The notes under the pieces were generated by a model. The model was not told the DNA's origin and ran no database searches. It saw only the letters and a program-made list of their open reading frames with translations. A DNA stretch of 64,000 bases. Source: the human T2T-CHM13v2.0 reference genome, Homo sapiens. Positions 50,636 to 64,000 of this stretch are shown piece after piece. How positions within the stretch are numbered: the stretch's first letter is position 1; each line of letters begins with the position of its first letter. Made by a program: the position numbers and the translations under genes. Location of the stretch: the NCBI RefSeq assembly GCF_009914755.1, contig NC_060934.1. One strand, 5' to 3'.

Positions 50636-51395
50636 TCTGGAGAGCAATTCTTGGTAGGAATCTTCTTCTACTAAAATGCCAGCTGTTATCTGTGCACCCG
50701 CACCCCCAGATCCCAGGAGTGATGTGCATGTGGCATATCACCAGGCTGAATGAGCAGATCCTCTACATCCAAGGAAAAGGGAATGTTATTCTGAATAGTC
50801 ACATGGTTCTCTCTATTGAATTAGAATAATAATGGTAATGACAGAGATGATACCAAATAAGATGTCTATGTTAGAACCAACATTTTCTGCCAATAACATT
50901 ACAAGTAAATAGGAGAAATCAAGAGTTGGTCCTTTGAAACATCAATAAAATTTAGAAATCTGTAGCTAGACTAATGAAAAAGAAAAAGACAAATTATCAG
51001 TAACAGGAATGGGAGAGGAGATAGCATTGAAGACATAATAAGGATAATAAAGGAATATTATGAGCAAGTTTATGCTAAAAAATTGGGTAACTGAGATGAA
51101 ATCAGAATTTGTGGAAAGCCCAAATTACCACCAACACACAAACACACACACATGCATGCACACATGCACAATCTGAATAGGTCTATAGCGAGCAAAGAAA
51201 TTCGGTTCATAATTTAAAACTTAGCTACAAAGAAAACTCCAGACTCAGACAACTGACAACATAATAGTGATGAAATCTATCAAATCTTTAACAATACAAA
51301 TGTTAAATTCTTTCAGAAAATAGAAGAGGAGGGAACACATCCCATTTCACTTTATGAGATTGGCTTTGCTTTCATACTAAAACTAGCCAAAAACT

Positions 51396-51702
51396 GGCCG
51401 GGTGCCACGGCTGTAATCCCAGCACTTTGGGAGGCCGAGGCGGGCAGATCACTTGAGGTCAGGAGTTCAAGAGTTCAAGACCAGCCTGGCCAACATGGCG
51501 AAACCCCATCTCTACTAAAAATACAAAAATTAGCCAGGCATGGTGTCAGGTGCCTGTAATCCCAGCTACTCAGGAGGCTGAGGCAAGAGAATCACTTGAA
51601 CCTGGGAGGCGGAGGTTGCAGTGAGCTGAGACCATGCCAGTGCACTCTGGCCTCGGCGACAGAGTGAGATTTTGTCTCAAGAAATAAAATAAAAACGAAA
51701 CA
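51396..51702 (+). mobile_element. AluSz-like
   Basis: Dimer with gagttcaa duplication and a small 5' deletion. Confidence 0.92.
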
Positions 51703-52012
51703 AAGACTTTGCAAGAAAAGGAAACTATGGAACATTCCTCATGAACATAAACACAGATTTTTTTAATTAGCAAATTAATCCAGAAATATATAAAAAGGAT
51801 AATACATTTTGAGTTTTACCTAGAAAAGGGTTTATCCAGAAATACAGTTGATTTAATATTGTGACATGAAGCAAATATATGATCATCTTATTAAGATAAG
51901 GAAAAACAATCAACAAAGCTAAAAATCCATTAATGATATAAACTCTTAGCAAACTAGGAATAGAAGAAACTTTTGTCAACCTGATAAAAGACATTTATAA
52001 AAAGCCATATCT

Positions 52013-52355
<343 letters not shown>

Positions 52356-53510
52356 CTAAATACTTTCTTCCTAAGGTCAGAAATAAGACAAGAATATCCC
52401 CCTTTCATCATTTCTATTCAGCATTGTACTGGAGTTTCTAGCCAGTGTAACAAGGTATGAAAAAGAAATGAAAGTTTGGGAGGAAGAATAATAATGTCTC
52501 TTACAGTATTAAGTATTAATGATAATACTAATACTATGTCTTACAGCATGCAGATTGAGAGGAAGAACTAATAGTGTCTCTAGTTTTAGACCATATGGTC
52601 ATCTATATCAAAAATCCTAAGGAATCTTTAAGACAGCTGCTAAAACTAGAGAGGATTTAGCAGGGTCCTAGGATACAAAATGATTATTTTTAAAGTTGCA
52701 TTTCTATATGGTAGCAATGAAGATTCAGAACCTGAAATAACATTTACAATAGCATCAAATACTATGAAAATATATACAGATAAAGTTAGACAAAATATAG
52801 GCAAAGCCTGTACCCCAAAAACTGTAAAGCATTATTGAAAGAAATTAAGGCAGCCCTAAGTAAATGGAGAAGTGTCCCATGTTCATAGAAGACTGATAAT
52901 GTTACAATGTTAGTACTTCCCAAACTGATTTATAGAGTCAAAACAAGCCCAGTAAAGATCCCAAAAAGCTTTTTCCTAAAAATTGGGACGTTGATGAACA
53001 AATTTGTGACAAAGGATTTGAAATAGTTTAAAAATTTTTTGAAAAAGAACAACAAAGTTGAAGGACTAGTTCAGTGGGAAGAAGAAAATCTCAACAAATG
53101 ATCCTGGAATAACTGGTTATACATATGGGAAAAAAAATGAACCTTGACCCTTATCTCACCTCATACACAAAAATATACTAAAAATGGTGTATAGACATAT
53201 AAAAAACTAAAACTATAAAACTAGAAGAAAATGTAGGATAAAACCATTGCAACTTTGGGATAGATAAAAATTTCTTAGATTGAACACAAAAAGTAGAAAA
53301 ATCGATAAATGGCACTTTATCAAAATTAGAAACTGAAGTTTTTCCAAAAGAAATTGGTAGGAAAATGGAAAGGCAAGCCACAAACTGGGAGAAAATATTC
53401 ACAACACTTATATCTTATGTGTTATATACATACATACAAAGGACCTGTATCCAGTATATGTAAGGAACTCTTACAACTGAATAAGACAAACAACCCAATT
53501 AAACAATGGG

Positions 53511-53959
53511 TGTTACAGGTTGTGTTCCTCAGGAAGCAGCTACGGATAAAGCTCAGGTATGGGATATTTAGTAAGGGATGCCCTTGGTATTAAGGCTTTT
53601 GAGAAGGAGGGCAACAAAGCAGCACTGGATGGAGGGAGATGTTGAGCAGTGATGCGGCCCAGGAACAGCCTTGGATGACTTCACAGATTGCTCTGAAGCT
53701 GGACTGGACCTTCGGAATTTCCCTGAGTTGGGCCCTGATGGTGCCTTTTTATTTCTGCATCACTCAGTAATGTGGGCCTGTATCACTGGATATGGCCCAT
53801 GCTAGGAAGGATATATCTTGGCCAGTGTGATTCTCTGCAGCTTGAGGCAATCCCTGGAGGGAGTGATAGCTGAATACTGATTTCCCATAGCATTCTTAGC
53901 TGAGACAATAGGTTTTTCACTGAAAGAGGATCTGACAATATATTGCAGTGACCATTGTA
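53511..53959 (-). mobile_element. LTR16-family (ERVL) solo LTR inserted in the L1
   Basis: 5-bp TSD atggg; flanking L1 text rejoins (caacccaattaaacaatggg|caaaagatt); motifs ggaagcag, gagggagatgttgagcagtgatgc, gaggcaatccctgga. Confidence 0.75.
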
Positions 53960-54058
53960 ATGGGCAAAAGATTCTAACAGAAACTGTACAAAAGAAGATA
54001 TATGAATGGCCATTAAGCACATGAACAACGTCATTAGTCATCAAGGATATGCAAATTA

Positions 54059-54418
<360 letters not shown>

Positions 54419-54993
54419 TTAAAAACACTGATAATACCATACCAAGTGCAACTGGAAGTGTAAAATGGCACAAGCACCTTGGAAAACACTTTGCCTGTTT
54501 CTTATAAAATAAACCTACACTTAACCGTATGCCTAGCAGTTCCACTCCTAGGTATTTACCCAAGATAAATGAAAACATGTACACAAAAAAGACTTGCATG
54601 AATGTTCATATGAAGTTTATTCATAGAGCCCCAAACTGTAAAGAACTCAGATGTCTGTCAACAGGTAAATGGATAAACAAATTTAGATATATTCATAAAA
54701 TGAGGCACTGAGTAACATTAAACGGAATAATCTACTCACACATGCAACAACATGGATGAATCTCAAAAATATGTCAAGTGTAAGGTTAAGTCATAAAAGA
54801 GTACGGATTGTATGATTTCATATATGAAATTTTATAACAGGCGAAACTAATCTGTCGTGACAGAAAGCAGATGAGTGATTGCCTGGGTCTGAAAAGGGAA
54901 GAGAATGCAGGAAGGAACATTTTGGGGTGATGAGAGGGATTTATGTCTTAATTGTTAGGATTATTACATGGATGTATCATTTGCCCAAACTTT

Positions 54994-55282
54994 TGTTTTT
55001 TTCTTTTTTTTGAGACGGAGTCTCACTCTGTCATCCAGGCTGGAGTGCAGTGGTGCATCTTGGCTCACTGCAACCTCCGCCTCCTGGGTTCGGGAGATTC
55101 TTCTGCCTCACCTGAGTGAGGGATTACAGCCACCACACCCAGCTAATTTTTGTATTTTTAATAGAGACGGGGTCTCACCATGTTTATCAGGCTGGTCTCC
55201 AACTCCTGAGCTCAAGTGATCCGCCCGCCTCAGCCTCCCAAAGTGCTGGGATTACAGGCATGAGCCACTGTGCCCGCCGGCC
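54994..55282 (-). mobile_element. AluS
   Basis: TSD tgcccaaacttt. Confidence 0.92.
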
Positions 55283-55394
55283 TGCCCAAACTTTAAAAGG
55301 TTGCGTGTTTTTGCAAATAAATTACACCTCAATGTAATTATACTTAAGTAAAGGTGAGTTGTTTTTTAAAGTAAAACTTTTCATAATGGAGATT

Positions 55395-55875
55395 ATTTTC
55401 ATGAAGGATATTGACTGCACTTTTAATTTTCTTTTCTTATAATGTCTTCATCTGATTTTGGTATCAGAATTATGCTGGCTTCATAAAACCAATTGAGAAA
55501 TATTTCCTCCTCCTCTATTTTCTGAAATAGATCGTGTAAAATTGGCATTGTGTTCTTAAATCTTTGAAATAATTCACCGCTAAAGTCATCTGGGCCTGGT
55601 AGTTCTTCTAGGGAGGTTTTAAATAATGAATCATTTTCTGTAGTAGATTTAGGGTTATTCAGATTTTCTGTTTCTTCTTGGGTTAGTTTTGATAATTTTG
55701 TCTATCAGTGAAGTCCATTTCTTATCTCTGTTGTCTAATTTATTGGCATAAAGTTGTTAATAATATTTCCCATTATTTTACCGTCTTAATGGTCTGTAGT
55801 TATATCTCTACTTTACTTCCTGATATTGGTGATTTGCATTTTCTTTTTCTTAATCAGTCTAGTTAGGGGTTTCTA
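55395..55875 (-). mobile_element. L1M ORF2 fragment, antisense
   Basis: ttttggtatcagaattatgctggcttcataaa; cctcctctattttctgaaatag; catctgggcctgg. Confidence 0.8.
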
Positions 55876-55877
55876 AT

Positions 55878-56518
55878 GAAGTTAAACATATACCCATCTA
55901 ATGACCCAGGTGTTCCACTCCTAGGTATTTAATCAAGAGAAATGAAAGCACATATTCTAAAAAATAATGTTCATAGTGATTTTTAAAATTTTAGCCCTGA
56001 ACTTAAAACAAATGCTAATCAATTATAGAGAGAACAAATAAAATTTTGTATATTTACAGTAAAATACTACTCAGTGATAAAAATTAATGAAATACTGACA
56101 GATACAACAATGTATGTGAATCTCAAAAATATTGTGGAGAGTGGAAGAAGCCCTACATAAAAAAATCATAGTGTCTGAGTCCACTTAAATGAAGTTCCAG
56201 AACAGACTTAATCAAATCGTGGTGGTAGAAATCAGATTTGTGATTGCTTAGGAAGGGAAGTGGAAAGGTATGAGCAGGGAACTAGCAGGAGAGAACTTTC
56301 TGGGTTATGGAGTGGTCTGTATTTTGATAGGGGTGTGGGTTACCAGTGTATGCATTTATTTAAAGCTCATCAAACTGTACATTTCATTGTATGTAAAATA
56401 TGGCTCAACTTAGTTGTACAACAACGGGAATGTAGTCAGTGCCACTTAACTGTATGCTTAAAGATGGTTAAAATGGTAAATTTTATGTTATTTATATTTT
56501 GCCACAATTGAAAAAAAA
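55878..56518 (+). mobile_element. L1ME-type 3' fragment followed by an L1MB 3' tip
   Basis: ttccactcctaggtatt...gagaaatgaaagcac; atggttaaaatggtaaattttatgtta...ccacaatt plus A tail. Confidence 0.75.
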
Positions 56519-56519
56519 A

Positions 56520-56821
<302 letters not shown>

Positions 56822-57203
56822 GAAAAAACAAAAACAAACAAACTAAAAACAACAACTGTAAATGGGAAGATGTGAAGGTTCTAAATGTGCAAACATTTAA
56901 AATGTGTATTTCCCCCCATAACCGTGTGCTGTTCTATTATTATTTATTTACCATTTATATGCTAAAGTAAGAATGTAATTTAGAAACTGATAAGAAAGTA
57001 CCAAGTATGAGAAATGTTACATTCGTATATTCAACAGATATTAATCAAACATCTACTGTGTGTATAATTCTTTATTATGTATAGTAATTAAGATAAACCA
57101 AACAAGGATCTTCCAAGAGCTCACCATGTACTAAGCTATTTAAGATATGCAAAATTTTACCAATGTCACCAAAATAATGGGCTTTTTCTTCCTTCTTCCT
57201 ACA

Positions 57204-57266
57204 GTTTACCCTTAGTAGGCTTTCTACTGTTTACCCTTAGTAGGCTTTCTACTGTTTACCCTAGTA
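57204..57266 (+). repeat. 25-bp tandem repeat, 2 perfect copies plus a partial third
   Basis: gtttacccttagtaggctttctact x2 then gtttaccctagta. Confidence 0.93.
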
Positions 57267-60200
57267 AAGATCTAGGAAATTAAGTTTAAAATCTTCACCC
57301 TCAGGGGAAGGCCTTGTCATGCCTGGTATTTCTTCTCCTGGCTTTGCTGCAGCTTGTATTAGTATGCAGGGAGGGGCTTTGGTTTTGTGCAGTTCCAACA
57401 CACCTTACAGTGAAGCTGTGGTGCCAGGGAGCAGAGTCTGTCCAAGATAATGCTCATGTAAGTGCCCAGGGTGGTGCCTGGCCTAAAGCATAAGGAGATT
57501 TAGAAACTCTGCCACAAAGGGGGTCTAAGAATGAGTCTTCTGCTACACAGAATTAACTCCAAAAAACAAGGTCAGAGCTCTTGACCTTCAGGTAGTAATT
57601 ATCCACATAATCCTCTTTTCCTACTGCTTATGAATACTGCAATTGAAAGGGTCAGAGGTAGTCTGAAAGCAGGGAAAACAAAAGAAGTCAGGAGCATGGA
57701 AATTCTGCACACCAGATGGTTTGTGTGCCCAGAGGGCAATTGAGAATTAAGTGTAGTAATGGAATTACACTACTTTTATTGGTTCTATGAGGACAAGCAC
57801 TTGGAGTACCAATTATATTCTGCGTGGCATACTTTGGGTGCTGAGTAAATATTAGTAACTTATTGAATAGCACATAACATCTCAACTGCCATGTAAATCT
57901 CTGTGAGTGCAGGGCATTGTCAGAGGTGGTGGTGATAATATTATTGAGAAAGTGACTAGTGTCTGACTTTTCTAGCTTGTTAATAACCACTTACCTATGT
58001 CCCATCTCCTCATTCTACTTTCCTGTTTGGATCTAATTACATTCAGTTGAGTTGCCTGTGTCTCCTGAGCAGTTAGAGCAGGTTTCTCTTGGCAGGATTA
58101 ATAGTAAGAATGTCTACATTCAGTTCACAGTGTGCCTAGGCAGTGTTTTGTAGCACCATATCTAAATTAAAATGAATGCCTTGGGGCAACTGCAGAAGCT
58201 CCTAGCTGCCTCTAGCTGATACACAGCTCTACTAAGTATCAGCTCTTGCTTGTGTTTCTTGTAAATTGTTGTTATGCCTATCCTTTAATCTATGCATTAC
58301 TATTTTGCTTCTAGCCTCACTTGGAAAACATTCCCAAGTCATAGAGATGAATTACAATACAGAATTTCTACCAATGGCAGTACTTGCATTGTTTTCAGAA
58401 TCTAGTGCCCAGGTTTTCCTACTGTTTTTCTTGCCGTCTTTAAGACAGAATTTCTATTTACATCCTTGTCGATTTTTGTATCCCTAAATAAATTATAGTC
58501 TTGAAGTCTGGACCTGCTCCAGTGAAGGTTCCTACAGCACTGAAGTTGGGAATCACTAGAGAGGCACTTTGTTAATTTTCTTTTTAAAAAGGAATGACTA
58601 AAGGTTTGTGACACTTGAATGTAAGTTGATTTTAAAATTCCATTTTTCTAAATCCAGAGTAGGGTTTATATTGCTAATATCATGATATGCTTGCCAAAGA
58701 GAATAGTTTGTAAATCCTAAACAGACTTCCTGTAACCATGTGTTGAATTTCCAGCTGTGTTGAATCAGACTTTGGTCCCTCTTCAGAAGATAAATCCAAT
58801 ACCTGCAGTTTCTAATGGCAGAAGTGGAGGAGAGAAGTCCCTGTCCAGATAAGAAACTGAAGGCCCTGGGGCAAGCAATTGTTTCATGAATGTCCTTTCC
58901 CCAGCCCCGCGCCCCACCCCTAAGAAATTTGTAGGCTTCATCTACCAGGAAAACAAAACAAAACAAAACAAAAAAAACAAGAAAACACACACCACACAAA
59001 TGAGATGCTATTGTTAAATGCAGTATGTAGGATTAGATTTGTTTCCTTCCAATAGAATCACTTTCCTTAATCAGCACTTTTATAAATGGCACACCTGCCT
59101 GATTAGAACAAGTTCTAGACTACAGGATACAGTGTGAGCATTTCAATTAAGTCCACACAATTAAAAACTGTTGTGGTTGATGTTCTTAGAAAGACTTTCC
59201 TTCTCTCGTCTTACTCCGTTATGGCTAAGCTTTATTATTTTATACTTCTGAGTCAGCCTTTGATCATGGGACTTTCCCACTGTGTGGTCATTTATATCTT
59301 TTTTTGTTTCTAAATGATTTCTTTAAATGAAAAAAGAAGCGATGTATTTTAGGGATATATGTAGGGATGCTTTTGAATATTTTTATTTTATTAGATTTTC
59401 CTGCTTCCTTACTGTCACTTAAAATATGGAGAACCCTCATCCTGTGACAAGGAGGTAAAAATACAGCAGTCACATTCAAGATCTCCATACATTAACAATA
59501 ATAAATCCTTTTGCCCTGAGTAATACAGATACTTAATCCACAGAGCTCGGGGGGATGATATAGTGCTCCCTCACAGAACCAATTACCCACAGAGAAGTAT
59601 AATGAGCAGGGGAGGTGATACAATAAAAATCTATATAGGGAGAGTAGAATTATGATGACAGTGTTGCCTGTGTAAAGTCTTATAGTAAGTATATCTCCAA
59701 TTATCTTTTAGAAAAAAATTGTTTGGTGTCTACTTATGTCCAATTCATGATGAAATTGCAAGAATAGCCATGGAATAAAACAAAAGGGTACAGGAGTATA
59801 GAGAAAATGGCGATAGACTTGTCGTAAACAGAGTTCTGTTCTACCCCGAAGGATGTGAAGTAGACCCAGGGCTGCTCTGAGGGAGTGCTGGGCATGAACC
59901 TCCCTGCAGAGGAATGGCTGTCCTGACCACAGTTACTGTTACTGCAGATGCAGACGGGAACAAAATAACGCTCTGGAAAAAAAATAAGATGATTTAGATC
60001 ATCACAGGAAATCCCTACTTTTAGAGTTAGTGTGTTTCCGAAGACCATATCTGAAGCAGATTGCTGTGAGGGAAAATCCTGAGTGTGCATGATCTCTATC
60101 CTAATTAGGAGCAAACTTGATCTGTTCCGACAGACATCAGTTGCATAAGTGGGTTAAGTGGCAAGAAATAAAGTCTAGTTCTTTATTAGGTAAGTGTCAA

Positions 60201-60366
60201 ATAGAGTTCTGAAGTAGCAAACAAAAAAACCTTAGTAACAACAGGAAGCAGTTTTCAGCCTTTGTTGCAGTGCCATCAGTTGTGAAGTTTGTGGACAATA
60301 ATTCATTACCAGTAATAAGGCACCAAAATTTGTAAAATATTTTTCTTTTAAAAATAGACCATAACA

Positions 60367-60560
60367 GGCCAGACATGGTAGCTCATTCCTGTAATTCCAG
60401 CACCAGCCGAGGCAGGTGGATCACTTGAGCCCAGGCGTTCGAGATCAGCCTGGGCAACATGGTGAAACCTCATCTCTACCAAAAATAAAAAAAAAATTAG
60501 CCAGTCTCAAAAGCTTGTCTCAAAATAAATTGAATAGATTGAAATGAAAATTAAATTTAA
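60367..60560 (+). mobile_element. Alu left monomer (J/FLAM-C-like) with abbreviated right arm and A-rich tail
   Basis: ...aaaattagccag|tctcaaaagcttgtctcaaaataaattgaatagattg. Confidence 0.8.
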
Positions 60561-60631
60561 AAAGACTAAACCGATACATAGTCTTGTTATAATTTTGTTA
60601 CCATTGCAGTGTATTCATTTTACTTGGCTTC

Positions 60632-60979
<348 letters not shown>

Positions 60980-61420
60980 TAATAACCTTGTATTCTTTGT
61001 AGAGATGGAAAGAAATAGCGGGACTGGGGAGGGGGAGTGCCACCACAACTAGGTGCTGGCAACTGGTCATGCTCCAAATCTGTCTTATATAGTGACTATT
61101 ACAACCTATAGTGACTATTACTAAGCAAGCCCTAATAGTGAATACTGGGCAGATAATTTTCCTCCCAACTGATTTTAAAATTTTGGTCCCGTCTTGTCAG
61201 TTTATGCCCAGGGAAGTATATAGCAAACATAAATGTCGTTTATTATGTGTGTCAGAGTAAAAAAGGTTTCAGATTAGACAATGGTGGAACCCACCTTGCC
61301 ATTGATGGTTTCTTTACATGTCGTGTTTGTGGTCATTGAGGATATACATGAAAATAAAAGACAGTTGACAATATTTTGGGACCTGTGAATTGGAGAAACC
61401 AGTTCCCAACTTCAGAGCAG

Positions 61421-62030
61421 TTTATTCATTTGTTTATTCATTTATTCAATAGATACACTTTTGAAGCTGGGGCTACAGCAATGAACAGTCTCTGCCATCA
61501 TGATGGAACTTATGGTTTAGTAAGGGAAACAGACAAATAAATGATATGCAATATTTCAGATAATGGTCAGTGCAATGAAGAAAAATAAAGCCAAGGTATG
61601 GAGCCGAGCACAGTGGCTCACATCTGTAATCCCAGCACTTTGGGAGGCCGAGGTGGGTGGATTGCTTGAGCTTAGGAGTTCGAGATGGCCTGGGAAATGT
61701 TGCGAGACCCCCATCTCTATGAAAAGTTAAAAAATTAGCTGGGCGTGGTAGTGCGCCAGTATAGTCCCAGCTACTTGGGAGGCTGAGGCGGGAGGATCAC
61801 TTGAGCCCCTGGAGATCGAGGCTGGAGTGAGCTTTGATCACGCCCCCGCTCTCCATCCTGGGTGACAAAGTGAGTGGTGTCTCCTAAAAAAAAAAGGTAT
61901 GGAGATTCTGGAGTGGTGCCAGTGGAGTACAGTTTCAGAGAGGGATGGTCAGGGACAGCCTTTCTGCTGAGGTATATCAAGCTCCAAGTGAAAGGAGGGA
62001 CAAACCATGGGGAAAGCCAGAGAGTGAAGG
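61421..62030 (-). mobile_element. L2 3' fragment interrupted by an Alu
   Basis: (ATTC)-like tail; ggaacttatggtttagtaagggaaacagacaa; ggtcagggacagcctttctgctgagg. Confidence 0.75.
61602..61895 (+). mobile_element. AluJb-like
   Basis: TSD aaggtatgga(g); gggaggatcacttgagccc. Confidence 0.9.
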
Positions 62031-62203
62031 GCTTGGCATCAGCAGGCTGGAAGTTCCTCCATCTCACTAGTTAGGTGACCTTAGAGAGGTGGCCTTGTAG
62101 CATGGCATTCGTATTTGGGACTTGGGAAAAGCATTGTGGTAAACAGCAAAGCATTACCTAAACTTCACATTTCAGTACAGTGTAACAAGGGAGAGCAAAC
62201 TAA

Positions 62204-62647
<444 letters not shown>

Positions 62648-62899
62648 TAGTTGCAGGCCTTTTGGCTCTCAGTGGAGGCATTTTCTACTCTGTTCCTGTA
62701 CTCCCTGATTAATTCATTCTTTAAAAAAATCCTCTAAGATTAATATTCATCATGGGGGCTCAGAAAATGAAAGTCTTTTATAGAGTAATTCTAAACTCCA
62801 GAATAATTCATTTGTTCTGATGCTTATTAAGGACTTGAAGTTGTTTGTTTGCTCTTTCTGTTTTTATAGCCAAATAAAATTTTGCAATACTCATAATAA

Positions 62900-63040
62900 T
62901 ATTTGAGTAGAACTTTGTAGTTTACAAAATACTTTCCACACTCACTCACATTTGAACTTTAACAACCCGAGAGCTAGACAACACAGACACTATTGTGCAC
63001 TTTTACAGATGAGGAAACCTGAGGCTTAGAGAGCAGCGTT
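62900..63040 (-). mobile_element. MIR fragment
   Basis: cacttttacagatgaggaaacctgaggcttagaga core. Confidence 0.75.
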
Positions 63041-63756
63041 TAAATCTGGGTCTTTCTGTGGTGCAAATATGAACATATGAATGAAAAATGCTGAACTGTT
63101 TTGTTTTTAACACTTGGGATTACTAAAATGGTATGTTTTTTTAAGCAGTCTCATGAAAGATGTAGATGACTTAAGAAGTATGGATCTATAGGGGATTATG
63201 GAGAGAGAGGGTTATATGTCCCTGATCATTGTGAACAGATACCATGGAAATGGCTTACAAAACCCCTTTTTGTGTCATTGTCAGGAGGAGGATATGAATC
63301 TAAATACTCCTGGCTCTGATTTTGTGCAGGAATTTTCATTTATTTTTGTCCAGTTACTTAGACTAAGGCTAACAAATATATAGTTTCCTTCTGGGCAGAA
63401 ACAGAAGTAATCACAAAGTAAAATAAAGCTTCTTAAAAATGCATTGTCCTAGATTTAAAGAATGTTTCCTTAGAAAATGCTATCTTATTTTGAGATCAAA
63501 GGTCTTGAAGACTCTTAAAATTTCTAAAGTATTATAGAATCAATAAAAATTAGAACTGGGAAAGTCCTTAGAGATTAACTCTAGAACCGTTAAAATATTT
63601 GATCTGGAAGGAACCTTTGAAGAGTCCCAGATCCCCAAATTGTGTGAGGTGAAATTGTATACTGTTGTGTCCTCAGCATCCTGATGGGGCCCATCCAGTC
63701 TCTCCATGGCCTCTTGATTATAGGGGCCTCTTATTGCCTCAAGAATAATCCATTCC

Positions 63757-63993
63757 ACAAATACTGTATGATTTCACTTATATGCGATAGCTAGAATAAT
63801 CAAATGCATAGAGACAGAAAGTAGAATGGTGTTTTCCTGGGCTGGGGGAAGAGAATATGGGAAATTATTGTTTAATGGATACAGAGTTTCAGTTTTGCAA
63901 GTTGAAAAGAGTTCTGGAGATAAATGGTGGTAATGGTTGCACAGTATTGTGAACTTACTTAATGCCATTTGAACCACAATTAAAAAAATAAAA
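63757..63993 (+). mobile_element. L1MB-type 3' end
   Basis: acaaatactgtatgatttcacttatatg...gagacagaaagtagaatggt...acagagtttcagttttgcaag...gttctggaga. Confidence 0.88.
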
Positions 63994-64000
63994 ACTAAGC

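Overview
This window is primate (almost certainly human) non-coding genomic DNA, not microbial. I find no credible protein-coding exon, RNA gene, CRISPR array or operon. Many ORFs in the supplied track are Alu or other repeat read-throughs (e.g. [23 protein letters not shown]) and the rest look like chance ORFs. About 45 Alu copies or fragments (J, S and one Y; roughly a fifth of the window) are present, many with readable target-site duplications (TSDs). They overlie older fossils: L1M, L2, MIR, MamSINE1, solo LTRs (MLT1E-like x2, MSTC, LTR16-like) and DNA transposons (MER2B, MER5, MER97-like). Unique sequence looks T-rich on the + strand by eye, which fits a large intron of a + strand gene; this is inference and I cannot name the gene. 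I see no new multi-gene biological system. The most notable non-TE structures are a ~137-bp dispersed local duplication (9256-9801), an AT-rich near-perfect hairpin (10531-10593) and a recent 25-bp tandem duplication. There are also closely spaced inverted Alu pairs and several informative nested insertions. Repeat family calls come from remembered consensus motifs, and the boundaries of old elements are approximate.
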